From Nitrospirota bacterium (GTDB lineage Bacteria; Nitrospirota; Thermodesulfovibrionia; UBA6902; DSMQ01), in NCBI GenBank assembly GCA_016212185.1, contig JACRGX010000069.1:673-64672 (forward strand): a stretch of 64,000 bases of DNA. Direction: 5' to 3'. Below are positions 38,271-51,597 of the stretch, one piece after another. The translations under genes were made by a program, and so were the position numbers. Below the pieces are notes generated by a model that was not told the DNA's origin, searched no databases, and saw only the letters and a program-made list of their open reading frames with translations. Within the stretch, counting starts at the first letter, position 1. The number at the start of each line of letters is the position of its first letter.

Positions 38271-38573
38271 ATGGATAAGAAAATTGTTAACATTGTGATT
38301 ATGAGTACAATATTGCTTGCATTGGCTTTGCCTGTATTTCCCAAGTCAACAGGCAAGGATGAATGGAAAAAAGGGAGTGTTACGAGTGTGCATGAGAATT
38401 CCATCGGCATTGACGGCAGGAGGCACTATGTATCCGATTCTGTAATTATGAAGGATATTTCTGACGAAATTCTGACTAAAGACTTGAAAATACTGAAAGG
38501 GGTGGATGAGATTCTCTACAAAATGGACAAAGGGGAGATTACAGAGATAAAAATATTCAGAAGGAGGCATTAA
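38271..38573 (+). CDS. Small secreted protein of unknown function inside the pilin operon
   Basis: 100 aa with signal peptide MDKKIVNIVIMSTILLALALPVFP and an aggagg RBS. Lies between pilX and the pilY1-like gene. Confidence 0.4.
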   Translation: MDKKIVNIVIMSTILLALALPVFPKSTGKDEWKKGSVTSVHENSIGIDGRRHYVSDSVIMKDISDEILTKDLKILKGVDEILYKMDKGEITEIKIFRRRH

Positions 38574-38577
38574 GAAA

Positions 38578-41500
38578 TTGAAAACGATAAGACACATTAT
38601 TAAAACGTTATTAATCCTTCTGGTTATCTGTCTTGGTTTGATGTTTTTTGCAGGCAGTAACATATGGGCCGCCTCTCCCACAATGACGCCTTCGGGCGGT
38701 TCAAGTCAGAGCAATGCTGTGGCCCTCACGTCAGGCACACAGGGAAGCTCATACAGCGACACAATAACCGCTGGCGGAAGCTGCGGCAGCGGCTCATATA
38801 CATGGTCCCAGCCGTCCGGCAGCCTGCCTCCCGGACTGACAACATCAACAAGTGGAACGAATGACAGTATTTTTACCATCTCCGGAACACCGACTACTAC
38901 CGGCACATATAAGATGAAATTTCAGGTGGAACGCAGCGGCTGCAGCTCTACTAAATCCGGCTGGTACAGCATTACAATAAATTCTCCGCCTACACTTACT
39001 ATTACAACAACAAGTCTGCCCGATGGAATTAAAGATACACTTTATACAACAACTTCTATAACTGCAACCGGCGGCTCAGGTTCATATACGTGGTCCATAT
39101 CGTCAGGCAGTCTGCCTGCAGGGCTTTCTTTAGGCGCTTCCGGCACCCCCTCTACCACTATTTCAGGAACGCCTACAACTGCTGGCACATATACATTTAC
39201 AGTGAGGGTAACAGACAGCAACAGCCCCATCCCTAATACTGATGATCAGGAATTTACAGTGGATATTGCAAGCGCCATTCAGATTACTACTACATCGCCG
39301 CTTACAGACGGAACCGAAGGCACGGCATATTCCACCACGATAACAGGTTCAGGGATCGGGACATACACTTGGTCGGTATCTGACGGACTGCCCCCGGGAC
39401 TTACACTGGCATCTTCAGGAACACCGTCTACCACACTTTCTGGGACTCCTACATCAGGAGGCGCCTATTCCTTCACGGTTTATTTAACAAACGGCACTGA
39501 CAACACCTCAAAGGCATTTACACTTACTATTCGTTTAAGCGACCTTGCAATTGATACGGTGGACCTCAGCCCTTTATCTACAACTGTATGCACAAGTTAC
39601 TCAGCCACATTAACCGGAAGCGGCGGCGCCCAGCCGTATTCATGGGGATTATCAGCCGGCAGCCTGCCGGCAGGACTTTCTTTAAGCGCCTCGGGTTCTC
39701 CTTCTACAACGATATCAGGAACTCCTACAACTTCAGGCTCCTCAACATTTACGGTCAAGCTTACAGATAATAACGGCGTCTCCAGGACGCAGACATTCTC
39801 ATTGGATGTGACAGGCTCTGCAAGCTGCGTGCCTGTGATTGATGACTACACCGCATACCCGCCGTTTATACAACTGTCAGGAGTAAAGCCGAATGTGCTT
39901 TTGGTTGTTGACAATTCAGGCAGTATGTATGAATTTGCATATAAAACCCCGGGCAAAGGCGGGAGCAGTTCAAATGCAGATGACAGCTATATTTCAAACG
40001 CCGCCTATTACGGATATTTTAATTCGTCGTCGCAATACAGTTATGATTCCACCGGCGGAGGCTTTTTCTATGCGGATGCCGCAGGCACATGGAGCGGCAA
40101 CTTCCTGAACTGGGTTGCTATGAGGAGGGTGGATGTTGTAAGAAAGGTCCTTGTCGGAGGCAAGGCAACCCCGCGCTCTCAGACTCAGGTCAACTATCTA
40201 ATCGCCGCTGAAAACCCGAACCGGGATTACTGGAAAAAGATTAATACCCAATATTATAAAGTATCCAGCGGGGCAAGCTATGAGCAGATAAGGGTGTGTT
40301 CAAGCTCAAGCTGTACAAGCGGAAGCACATATAATGTGAGAGTGCAGGTCGGCGCCACTGTCCCGACAGGCTTGCTACATGACAACATAGACCAGATGAG
40401 ATTCGGATTGATGTTCTTTAACACCGATGAAGGCGGTTATGTGGCAAAAAAAGTCGGCACGGACCTTACCAGTCTTATTACGGATATATCAAACACAGAC
40501 CCCAGCACCTGGACGCCTCTCGGCGAAAGCATGTATGAGGCAGTAAGATTTTTCCAGAATGGCAATAAGGCGTACGGCAGCGGCAATTACAGCACGGCTT
40601 TTGACCCTATGGAAGGAGGCATAAGCTGTCAGGATAATTTTGTATTGTTTTTAACAGACGGAGAATCAACTCAGGACCGCAATATCCCGGGGTCATATTG
40701 GGGGTCTACGATTTCAGACAGCAATTTTTCAGTCAGGACCTATATGGACAGCATTGCGGCAAATGAAGGATACTCAAGCCAGTGGGACACAATGGCCAAC
40801 AGCATGTCAGGGACCTATTATCTGGAGGCAGTATCTTTTTATTCGCATGTCAATGATATCAGAAGCGATATCACAGGCGACCAGAACATCACTACATATA
40901 CAGTATATGCCTTTGACGACTCTCCTATAGGCAGGGCACTGCTTCAGAAGGCGGCTAAATACGGAGGGTTTGATGATTATAACGGAGACGGCAAGCCGTA
41001 CACCGACAGCACATGCGGGACATCGTCTGCGAATGCCTACTGCTCTGAATGGGACCGGGATAAAGACGGTGTACCTGACACATATTTTGAGGCTCAGGAA
41101 GGAACAGCGCTTGAAAGCGAGCTCACCAGGGCCTTGACCGATATTCTGAGAAGGACGGCATCAGGCACGTCTGCATCCGTGCTTGCAACCACAGGAGAAG
41201 GCGAGGGCGCGGTTTATCAGGCGTACTTCCTGCCGAGCAAGATAGAGGGCGGGACGGAGATAAAATGGATTGGATATCTGCACGGACTCTTTGTTGACAA
41301 ATACGGGAACATGCGCGAGGACACTGATGAAGACAAGAGGCTCTGCTATGGCAGCGGGGACCCTGCCGGCTGTACGTCCACGGATAAAATCGTACTGATG
41401 TATTATGACGATTCGGTTGTGCCTAACAGGACGAGGATTAAGCTTTACCCCGGCACTGTTGACGACACAACCGGGAACCCGACAGGCACATATACAACCA

Positions 41501-43548
41501 TTGAGTTTGATGACATGAAAAAAATCTGGGAAGGAGGCAGGATACTGTGGTCCAGGGACCTGTCTTCAAACCCCAGAAGCATCAAAACAACAGTTGACGG
41601 CACAAGCATGATAGATTTTTCAACTTCCTATAAATCTACACTCAAGCCGTTCCTGCGGGCGGCGTCAAATGACGAGGCAGAGGCGATAATAAGATATATC
41701 AGCGGTGAAGATGACCCGGTAGTGAATTCTACTACATATGATTACAGACCCAGAAAGATCAGCGTAGACCTCAATGGCGACGGTGATACCTCTGATACAG
41801 GCGAGGGCGTCAAGGTCTGGAAACTCGGCGATATAGTTTATTCAACTCCTGTGGCAGTTGCGCGTCCTTCTGAAAATTATTCGCTTCTTTACAGCGACTC
41901 AACGTATGCGCAGTTTGTCAGTAATCACAAAAACCGGAGGCATGTCATATATGCCGGCGCCAACGACGGCATACTTCACGCCTTTAACGGCGGGTTTTAT
42001 GATGCAGCCAATCTGAAATTCTGGAAGAATTATTCCGGCGGCACTTTTTCTGATTCATCAAGCTATGGAATCGGGGATGAATTATGGGGGTTTATACCGC
42101 AGAGCCTGCTGCCGCATCTGAAGTGGCTCACTTCTAATGATTATACGCATGTCTATTATGTTGATCTTAAGCCCAAGGTGGTTGATGCGAGGATTTTTAC
42201 GGAGGAGCTTGTATGCAGTGTAAGCAAAAGCGCTTCAGGCTGCCTTCATCCCTATGGCTGGGGGACTGTTCTTATTGGAGGCATGCGTTTTGGGGGAAGG
42301 GACATTGCTTTTCAGGATTCCACATGGACGGCTCAGAGGACCTTCCGCTCGGCGTATTTTGCGCTGGATATAACAGATCCCTTAAACCCTGTTTTGCTGT
42401 GGACGCTCCCTGTTACTTCAAGCTCATATCCAAGCGGCAACTATGACCTGGGACTCACAACGGTTTACCCGGCTGTGCTCAGGGTCGGTGCGGGTGTGTC
42501 TGCTGCCGGCACATGGTATGCGGTGATGGGCTCGGGTCCTGATGCAGGCACGGACTCGTATAAAGGCGCAAGCGACAGGTATGCAAACATTTATATTGTA
42601 AATCTCTTTACAGGCGAAGTATCAAGGATCTTTACTTTGACTGAGAATTATTCTTTTATGGCAGACCCCATAACAGTTGATGTGAACCTGAACGATAAGG
42701 TTGATGTCATATACATGGGAGATACCTACTGTCAGACAGGCGCGACATGCACAAGTTCAAACTGGAAAGGGAAAATGTACAGGATTGTAACAAATTTAGG
42801 CGATTCCGATGTGTCTAACTGGAACCTCTCCACGCTCTACAATGCGGCACAGCCGATAACTTCCGCCTCGGCGGCAAGCCTTGACGACAAGGCCAATCTA
42901 TGGGTTTATTTCGGCACAGGCAGATTTTTTGATGTTGATGATAACACCCTTGACGGCACTGAAAGCTGGAGCTTTTACGGCATCAAGGATAAGTGTCAGC
43001 CGTGGACAAATGCCACCTGCGCAAGCCAGTATGATCCGATATTAAAGAGCACTTTGTTTAATGCGACAAATGTGCAGGTCTCAACCAGCGCAGTTGTGAC
43101 AGGCACGACTGAGGCAAGTACATTCAGCGGACTTGAGACGGCGCTGGATGACGCCAGTAAAAACGGCTGGTATCTGGACTTCTCGCGTGCCGGCGAAAGG
43201 TCGCTGTATAAACCCGGAGTGCTGGGAGGCATAACCTTCTGGACAACATATGCGCCTTCCAGTGATGTGTGTTATATTGGCGGAAACAGCTATCTGTATG
43301 CCGCATATTATAAGACAGGAACTGCTTATACCTCGTCTGTTATAGGCTTAAGCGGAACTACGGTTCTCAGGGATGTATATCTCGGCAAGGGCGTGCCGTC
43401 ATCTGTCGGTTTTTCAGTGACGTCAGGCGAGCAGTCCGGCGCTATGGCTTTTATACAACAGAGCACAGGCGCCATTTTACAGTTGGAGGCGACAACGCCG
43501 TTTGCCCTTAAGAGCGGGATTGTCGGCTGGAGAACCGGGGGACCGTGA
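38578..43548 (+). CDS. pilY1: Giant PilY1-like pilus tip adhesin: signal peptide, 4 Ig-like repeats, vWA domain, PilY1/PilC beta-propeller
   Basis: Four repeats of about 95 aa (YTWS..SGSLP.GL.L..SG.PSTTISGTPTT.GTY.FTV). vWA MIDAS LLVVDNSGSM and LFLTDGEST. Calcium-type loops DLNGDGDTSD and DVNLNDKVDVIYMGD in the C-terminal region. TTG start. Confidence 0.8.
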   Translation: MKTIRHIIKTLLILLVICLGLMFFAGSNIWAASPTMTPSGGSSQSNAVALTSGTQGSSYSDTITAGGSCGSGSYTWSQPSGSLPPGLTTSTSGTNDSIFTISGTPTTTGTYKMKFQVERSGCSSTKSGWYSITINSPPTLTITTTSLPDGIKDTLYTTTSITATGGSGSYTWSISSGSLPAGLSLGASGTPSTTISGTPTTAGTYTFTVRVTDSNSPIPNTDDQEFTVDIASAIQITTTSPLTDGTEGTAYSTTITGSGIGTYTWSVSDGLPPGLTLASSGTPSTTLSGTPTSGGAYSFTVYLTNGTDNTSKAFTLTIRLSDLAIDTVDLSPLSTTVCTSYSATLTGSGGAQPYSWGLSAGSLPAGLSLSASGSPSTTISGTPTTSGSSTFTVKLTDNNGVSRTQTFSLDVTGSASCVPVIDDYTAYPPFIQLSGVKPNVLLVVDNSGSMYEFAYKTPGKGGSSSNADDSYISNAAYYGYFNSSSQYSYDSTGGGFFYADAAGTWSGNFLNWVAMRRVDVVRKVLVGGKATPRSQTQVNYLIAAENPNRDYWKKINTQYYKVSSGASYEQIRVCSSSSCTSGSTYNVRVQVGATVPTGLLHDNIDQMRFGLMFFNTDEGGYVAKKVGTDLTSLITDISNTDPSTWTPLGESMYEAVRFFQNGNKAYGSGNYSTAFDPMEGGISCQDNFVLFLTDGESTQDRNIPGSYWGSTISDSNFSVRTYMDSIAANEGYSSQWDTMANSMSGTYYLEAVSFYSHVNDIRSDITGDQNITTYTVYAFDDSPIGRALLQKAAKYGGFDDYNGDGKPYTDSTCGTSSANAYCSEWDRDKDGVPDTYFEAQEGTALESELTRALTDILRRTASGTSASVLATTGEGEGAVYQAYFLPSKIEGGTEIKWIGYLHGLFVDKYGNMREDTDEDKRLCYGSGDPAGCTSTDKIVLMYYDDSVVPNRTRIKLYPGTVDDTTGNPTGTYTTIEFDDMKKIWEGGRILWSRDLSSNPRSIKTTVDGTSMIDFSTSYKSTLKPFLRAASNDEAEAIIRYISGEDDPVVNSTTYDYRPRKISVDLNGDGDTSDTGEGVKVWKLGDIVYSTPVAVARPSENYSLLYSDSTYAQFVSNHKNRRHVIYAGANDGILHAFNGGFYDAANLKFWKNYSGGTFSDSSSYGIGDELWGFIPQSLLPHLKWLTSNDYTHVYYVDLKPKVVDARIFTEELVCSVSKSASGCLHPYGWGTVLIGGMRFGGRDIAFQDSTWTAQRTFRSAYFALDITDPLNPVLLWTLPVTSSSYPSGNYDLGLTTVYPAVLRVGAGVSAAGTWYAVMGSGPDAGTDSYKGASDRYANIYIVNLFTGEVSRIFTLTENYSFMADPITVDVNLNDKVDVIYMGDTYCQTGATCTSSNWKGKMYRIVTNLGDSDVSNWNLSTLYNAAQPITSASAASLDDKANLWVYFGTGRFFDVDDNTLDGTESWSFYGIKDKCQPWTNATCASQYDPILKSTLFNATNVQVSTSAVVTGTTEASTFSGLETALDDASKNGWYLDFSRAGERSLYKPGVLGGITFWTTYAPSSDVCYIGGNSYLYAAYYKTGTAYTSSVIGLSGTTVLRDVYLGKGVPSSVGFSVTSGEQSGAMAFIQQSTGAILQLEATTPFALKSGIVGWRTGGP
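38695..39808 (+). repeat. Four tandem Ig-like (He_PIG / cadherin-like) coding repeats within the pilY1-like gene
   Basis: Recurrent SGSLPPGLT/SGSLPAGLSL...ISGTPTT.GTYTFTV blocks about every 285 nt. Confidence 0.75.
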
Positions 43549-43589
43549 TATAAAGTGAGAAGTGAAAAACACGAAGTGAAATATTGGGT

Positions 43590-44510
43590 ATGAAGATAAA
43601 ACAAAGCGCAAGGCTTGACTTCTATTTTGTAGCTGTCTTGACGGTTGTCTTTCTGTTTGTTGCCTGTGGTAAAAAAGAAGAAAAGGGGATTTCTTCTTTT
43701 TCGGAGCCGCAAAAGACAGGCATTTATAAGATTGAGCTGTCTCCCCCTGATGCAAAAAGAGGCAGTGTCATTACTGTATCGGTAAGGGGAGCGGATCCTC
43801 AGGACTTAAGCTTTAAATGGACTGTAAACGGCCTGGTGACAGAGGGAGTAAAGGGGAGTATATTAAAATATCCGGGACTAAAAAAGAGAGACAATGTTCA
43901 GGTGATAGTTTTGGTGAAGGGAGCAGGAGAATTTACTTCAGAGCCCCTGATCATTGCAAACAGCATCCCGCAGATTCAGTCTGCAAAACTCATACCGCAG
44001 TCCCCTAAGAAGGACGACAACATTCAGACCGAGGTCAAGACTTTAGATGGTGATGATGACGAAGTAAGCCTCTCATATAAATGGTTTGTGAATGGCGAGA
44101 CAGTGTTTGGCGAAACTTCTGACATGTTCAGGGGCGCGGCAATTAAGAGGGGCGATAAGGTCTCAGTTGTAATAACTCCTTCCGACGGAGAGCAGAATGG
44201 TCAGGCCATAACCTTATATGCCGTTGTTGTAAATTCTCTGCCTGTGGTTTCCTCAAACATAAAGGCAAATATTTCAAACTCTTTCTACACCGCAAAAATT
44301 AATGCGACAGACCCTGACGGGGATGCGCTCGCATACAGCATTAGACAGGGGCCTAAGGGAATGACGATAGATTCAGGCGGAATTATAAGCTGGAATATAA
44401 GCCCTGAGGATAAGGGACAGCACAGCGTAGTTGTGTCAGTGAGCGACGGGCAGGGCGGAGAAGTCCTTGTGCCTTATACCGTGTCAATACAGCTTAAAGA
44501 GAAGCAGTGA
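43590..44510 (+). CDS. Lipoprotein with Ig-like/cadherin-like repeats
   Basis: Lipobox LFVAC. Repeated beta-rich modules. Last module ATDPDGDALAYSIRQGPKGMTIDSGGIISWNISPEDKGQHSVVVSVSDGQGG. Confidence 0.6.
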   Translation: MKIKQSARLDFYFVAVLTVVFLFVACGKKEEKGISSFSEPQKTGIYKIELSPPDAKRGSVITVSVRGADPQDLSFKWTVNGLVTEGVKGSILKYPGLKKRDNVQVIVLVKGAGEFTSEPLIIANSIPQIQSAKLIPQSPKKDDNIQTEVKTLDGDDDEVSLSYKWFVNGETVFGETSDMFRGAAIKRGDKVSVVITPSDGEQNGQAITLYAVVVNSLPVVSSNIKANISNSFYTAKINATDPDGDALAYSIRQGPKGMTIDSGGIISWNISPEDKGQHSVVVSVSDGQGGEVLVPYTVSIQLKEKQ

Positions 44511-44530
44511 TTGGTGCAGTATATAAAATT

Positions 44531-44899
44531 TTACTCAAAATACGTCGCTGACGCCGTTTCCGCCTCCCATACCGTTACTGCAGAGAGTTTGACATAATCA
44601 TTATTTAATTTTTTCCTGATTGACTCATATATCCATTTCGCAATATTTTCAGAAGACGGATTGATTTCCGTAAACGGGAAAGTATTGTTCAGATTTACAT
44701 GGTCCAGCATTGCCAGCGTTTCAATAACTATGTTTTTTAATTCATGAAAATCAATTGCCAGCCCGATTTCATTAAGTTTCTCCGCAGACACGGATATCTG
44801 CACCCGCCAGTTGTGGCCGTGCAGGTTTTCACATTTCCCTTTATATCCCCTGAGCTGGTGCGCAGCAGAGAATTGCGATTCTACCGAAAGTTCATACAT
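44531..44899 (-). CDS. queD: 6-carboxy-5,6,7,8-tetrahydropterin synthase
   Basis: FSAAHQLRGYKGKCENLHGHNW (Zn His ligands, catalytic Cys). 122 aa. Confidence 0.9.
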   Translation of the reverse strand: MYELSVESQFSAAHQLRGYKGKCENLHGHNWRVQISVSAEKLNEIGLAIDFHELKNIVIETLAMLDHVNLNNTFPFTEINPSSENIAKWIYESIRKKLNNDYVKLSAVTVWEAETASATYFE

Positions 44900-44911
44900 A
44901 TTGCCCCCTTA

Positions 44912-47089
44912 TCACTGCCACATCATTGCCTCAAATCTTGAGCCCGGAACTTCCAGCGCAATGCATCCCCTACACGGCCATCTTTCAAGTTCGCTCCCGT
45001 CTTTCAAAACCGAGAGGATGAATGCCACCTCATCGCCCTCCTTTGCGCCGAGCAGTGCAAAAGGCAATGCTATTTCCATAATATCATTTATTGCTGCAGT
45101 TTCCAATTCCTGAAGTTGTTTCCACTCGTTTTGAACTCTATTGAAGAATACTGCCTTGATTTTATCGGTCACGATGACATCCAGTCTGGTTTGTACAGGT
45201 TTGAGGAAGTGGAAGGAAAAAGTTATTCCCTTTGAAATTTCAATTAAAGAGTTTGCCGCATCAGTCCTCAGATAGAGGTTGTTTAAATCAAACCCGTAAA
45301 AGATGTTGGAAATGAAGGCCTCGGCCCTGTGCATGGTCCCGCCTATTTTTTTTGTTTCCATGTAAGCTGAATGAAGCCACTCGTAATAACTTGTTATCTC
45401 TCCGTCTATCTTAGGCGTTATAAAACCCCTGATTGCAACAGTCGGTTTGACGCTTCTGTCTTCCCTCAGGATAGGGATGCTGAGTTTTGGAGGAATTTCC
45501 TTGCCGATAAGCTTGTAGACCTTCATTAAATTGGCTCTGAAAAGCTCATCAAACTCCTCCTGAGTCTCTGTTACATGCTCATCGCCGTACCACCAGCACC
45601 AGTCGCTGCCCTCTGCAATGTATATAGCCTGCCAGGCCTCTTTCAGGTCAGCCTCCGGATGCAATTGCTGGTGCGCAGCAAGGGACTCTCTGGCTTCATA
45701 AAGCGCATCCCATGCAAGATTATCCTCTTCGTGCCCGATCCAGATGGCAAAATTGCTGTAAATCCAGGATCCTGAAAAAAGGCTGTTTATTTGTGTGTGA
45801 GGCGGGTGTTCCCTTAAATACTCTGACACGGTTACAGTCTTAATCCCGTCTGCCCTGCTTAAACTTTCATAAAGACAGAAAAGAAAATCCCTGCCGTCAT
45901 TTCTGTAATATTCCCAGGCGTTTTCCCCGTCAAGTATTACTGAGACAAGAAAAGGCCTGTCTTTTGGCAGGGAATTTTTTATTTTGTACAGCCTGTCAAT
46001 AAAGTTATCTGCCGCCTTTCTTGCATCCCACCCTGAATAAACAAAACCGATAAGGTCTGACAGTGTGTGGTCCCTGAAGATTATTGATAAGCCGTCTCCT
46101 ACAGTGTAAGGCTTATAAAGTTTCTGAGGTTCCTTTACCATGCCTGAAATATCCCTTAGATGAATTCCGAGGGATGCGGCAAGGATTCCTTCGTCGGTTG
46201 CAATCCATTTGATCCCTTCGTTTTTTATTGTCTTGAGGATATCCGGGCTGACCGAGCCTTCTGACGGCCACAGGCCTTCAGGCTTAAATCCAAAAATCTT
46301 TTCAAAATACTCAACTGCCATTTTGACCTGCGCTGCCGCGTCCTCCGGATGCGAAAAGACAAACTGAGGAAGTTTAATGTCAGGCATGGCCACCTTGGCG
46401 GAATTTGTATTATAAAGAAGAGGCAGTATCGGATGATAAAAGGGGGATGTTGATATTTCAATCTGCCCTTTGCCGTGCATTCTTTTGTATTCCGGGATTA
46501 TGAGTTTCAACATGTCAACCTGCATTTTTAGGAGAAGTTCTTTTTCTTCTTCGGTGAAGTTTCTGCCTTTACCGGCAAGTTCTTTCAGGAACGGCTGCTT
46601 CTCCATGAATATGGGGTCAAACCAGCAGAGGTTAAAGAGCACCTGAAGGTCCAGGAAATCCTGTGTTGAAAAATACCTCATGACTTTTTTAAATTCATCC
46701 TTTGAGATTGTTCTACCTCTTTTAGAAAGCAGTTCGTAATACCGCGGCAGGGGGGCTATCATGTTTTCCCAGTTAGCGAAGAAGAAATCAGAGAGCATAG
46801 TGGTCCTTTGCGACTCTGTAAGGGCCTCTGCAGGCACCTTGCTTATTTCAAGGAAATTGTCTGAAGCGCCGCCCTCCGTATAATCTAAAATCTGTTCTAT
46901 CAGCGACGGAACCAGGTTGAATGTCTGGTGTACGGCGGGAAAGTCCTCCAGGATGGCGGCCATGTCATAATAATCTTTTATGCCGTGCAGTCTTACCCAC
47001 GGCAGGCGGTAAACCCCTGTGAACGGGTTTTTGTAATAAGGCTGGTGCATATGCCAGAGAAAGGAAACATAAAGAGGGCTACTGCTCAT
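44912..47089 (-). CDS. Glycoside hydrolase family 57 alpha-glucan enzyme with C-terminal DUF1925/1926-type domains
   Basis: LWHMHQPYYKNP N-terminus, GQIEISTSPFYHPILP and WPSEGSVS motifs typical of GH57. Confidence 0.85.
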   Translation of the reverse strand: MSSSPLYVSFLWHMHQPYYKNPFTGVYRLPWVRLHGIKDYYDMAAILEDFPAVHQTFNLVPSLIEQILDYTEGGASDNFLEISKVPAEALTESQRTTMLSDFFFANWENMIAPLPRYYELLSKRGRTISKDEFKKVMRYFSTQDFLDLQVLFNLCWFDPIFMEKQPFLKELAGKGRNFTEEEKELLLKMQVDMLKLIIPEYKRMHGKGQIEISTSPFYHPILPLLYNTNSAKVAMPDIKLPQFVFSHPEDAAAQVKMAVEYFEKIFGFKPEGLWPSEGSVSPDILKTIKNEGIKWIATDEGILAASLGIHLRDISGMVKEPQKLYKPYTVGDGLSIIFRDHTLSDLIGFVYSGWDARKAADNFIDRLYKIKNSLPKDRPFLVSVILDGENAWEYYRNDGRDFLFCLYESLSRADGIKTVTVSEYLREHPPHTQINSLFSGSWIYSNFAIWIGHEEDNLAWDALYEARESLAAHQQLHPEADLKEAWQAIYIAEGSDWCWWYGDEHVTETQEEFDELFRANLMKVYKLIGKEIPPKLSIPILREDRSVKPTVAIRGFITPKIDGEITSYYEWLHSAYMETKKIGGTMHRAEAFISNIFYGFDLNNLYLRTDAANSLIEISKGITFSFHFLKPVQTRLDVIVTDKIKAVFFNRVQNEWKQLQELETAAINDIMEIALPFALLGAKEGDEVAFILSVLKDGSELERWPCRGCIALEVPGSRFEAMMWQ

Positions 47090-47399
47090 CGTCGTATTTA
47101 AAAATCAATTCTCCTTTTTTAGTGAGTCCCTGTCCCCTGGCGAGGTCTTCCACTACATTAGGATCATTTTTAAATGTTTCTATTTGTTTCCTTATCTCTG
47201 TATTCTGGTTTTTTATTGTGTTGATTTCAGCCTTGAGTCCGGACATGTCGGATTTAAGCCGCATATATTTCAAAAGTCCGTTTTCACCGAAAATAATACT
47301 CAGGGTCAGATAGATAAAACAAAGTATTCCTACCGTAACCAAAACAATTTGCCTTATCTTTTTTGATTGACTTACCTGCTGTCGCCGTGTATTCCGCAT
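47079..47399 (-). CDS. ftsB: Septum formation initiator FtsB/DivIC
   Basis: Single TM then a coiled coil (GENGLLKYMRLKSDMSGLKAEINTIKNQN). Downstream of eno, the canonical synteny. Confidence 0.8.
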   Translation of the reverse strand: MRNTRRQQVSQSKKIRQIVLVTVGILCFIYLTLSIIFGENGLLKYMRLKSDMSGLKAEINTIKNQNTEIRKQIETFKNDPNVVEDLARGQGLTKKGELIFKYDDEQ

Positions 47400-47541
47400 A
47401 ATAATTTTTTAAAAGGGGTCAAGGGTTCAAGCGGCTAAGTGTTAAAGCAGCCTACGAAATTCGTTTGTAAATTATTAGTTATTCGGAAAACGAATAACTG
47501 ATAACTATGATTCACTTGAACCCTGGAATCCATGAACCCTG

Positions 47542-48970
<1,429 letters not shown>

Positions 48971-49062
48971 AAAAAACAATAGCAAAAAGCTTTTGGAGCA
49001 TTACACTGAGAAATGAGAAGTGATAACTAAGCACTAAGAACTGAGAAGTGTCATTTAATTTC

Positions 49063-50736
<1,674 letters not shown>

Positions 50737-51537
50737 TTAGTTGATATGCCACCGCCTTTCTGCTTTTTTTAAGTCTTCTGCCGTATCAATGCCGAATGTA
50801 TCATAAGGGGTTTCTTTTACCTTGATTTTCATGCCTGAGGCAAGCGCCCTGAGTTGTTCAAGCTTTTCAGTGAGTTCAAGTTTGTCAGGCGGCATTGAAG
50901 CAAACTTGAACAGGACGTCTTTTCTGTAGCCATATATGCCGATATGCTTGTAACAGCCGTAATGCGTGATGGGTAATGCGTGATGAGTTGAATCTGAAAT
51001 TTGAAATTTGTCCCGAATAAGTCGGGATGAAATTTTCCAGAGGTCTCTGTTATATGGAATTGGCGCCCGTGAGAAATACATGGCAAAACCCTCATTGTCA
51101 AAAACAACCTTAACCACATTGGGAGATAAAATTTCTTCCGGATCCGTTATCTTCTTTGCGAGGGTGCTGATTGAGGCGCGCGAATCATCTGACAGAAGTC
51201 TTACAACATCATTCACCATCTCCGGCATGATAAACGGTTCATCCCCCTGAACATTTACGACTATATCGCAGTCTATACTGCCGGCAGCCTCTGCTATCCT
51301 GTCTGTGCCTGACTGGTGCTTCTCAGAAGTCATGACAACTTTTCCGCCAAACCCCAGGACTGTATCATAGATTTGCTTGCTATCAGTTGCAACAAGGGTG
51401 GTATTTATTGAATTCGCAGACGCAGCATGTTCGTAAACCCATTGGATAATTGGTTTTCCTTTAAGAGAGGCAAGGGGCTTGCCGGGGAACCGGGTGGAGT
51501 TAAAGCGAGCCGGAATTATTACAGCCGCCCTGTGCAT
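50737..51537 (-). CDS. kdsB: 3-deoxy-manno-octulosonate cytidylyltransferase
   Basis: IIPARFNSTRFPGKPL, VNVQGDEP and IGIYGYR. In-frame repeat insertion at about 50957-51036. Confidence 0.9.
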   Translation of the reverse strand: MHRAAVIIPARFNSTRFPGKPLASLKGKPIIQWVYEHAASANSINTTLVATDSKQIYDTVLGFGGKVVMTSEKHQSGTDRIAEAAGSIDCDIVVNVQGDEPFIMPEMVNDVVRLLSDDSRASISTLAKKITDPEEILSPNVVKVVFDNEGFAMYFSRAPIPYNRDLWKISSRLIRDKFQISDSTHHALPITHYGCYKHIGIYGYRKDVLFKFASMPPDKLELTEKLEQLRALASGMKIKVKETPYDTFGIDTAEDLKKAERRWHIN

Positions 51538-51597
51538 ATAGTAGTGTACACATTCAAAAATGAAATGTAAATTGAAAAATTGCCTTATTCCCGCTTA

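Noticed and set aside
38346-38681. 111-aa minus-strand ORF
   Set aside because: It is antisense to the small secreted protein gene and the pilY1-like start, inside a tightly coupled plus-strand operon.
43326-43755. Two overlapping minus-strand ORFs (128 aa and 92 aa)
   Set aside because: They are antisense to the 3' end of the pilY1-like gene and the 5' end of the lipoprotein gene. There are no motifs or RBS.
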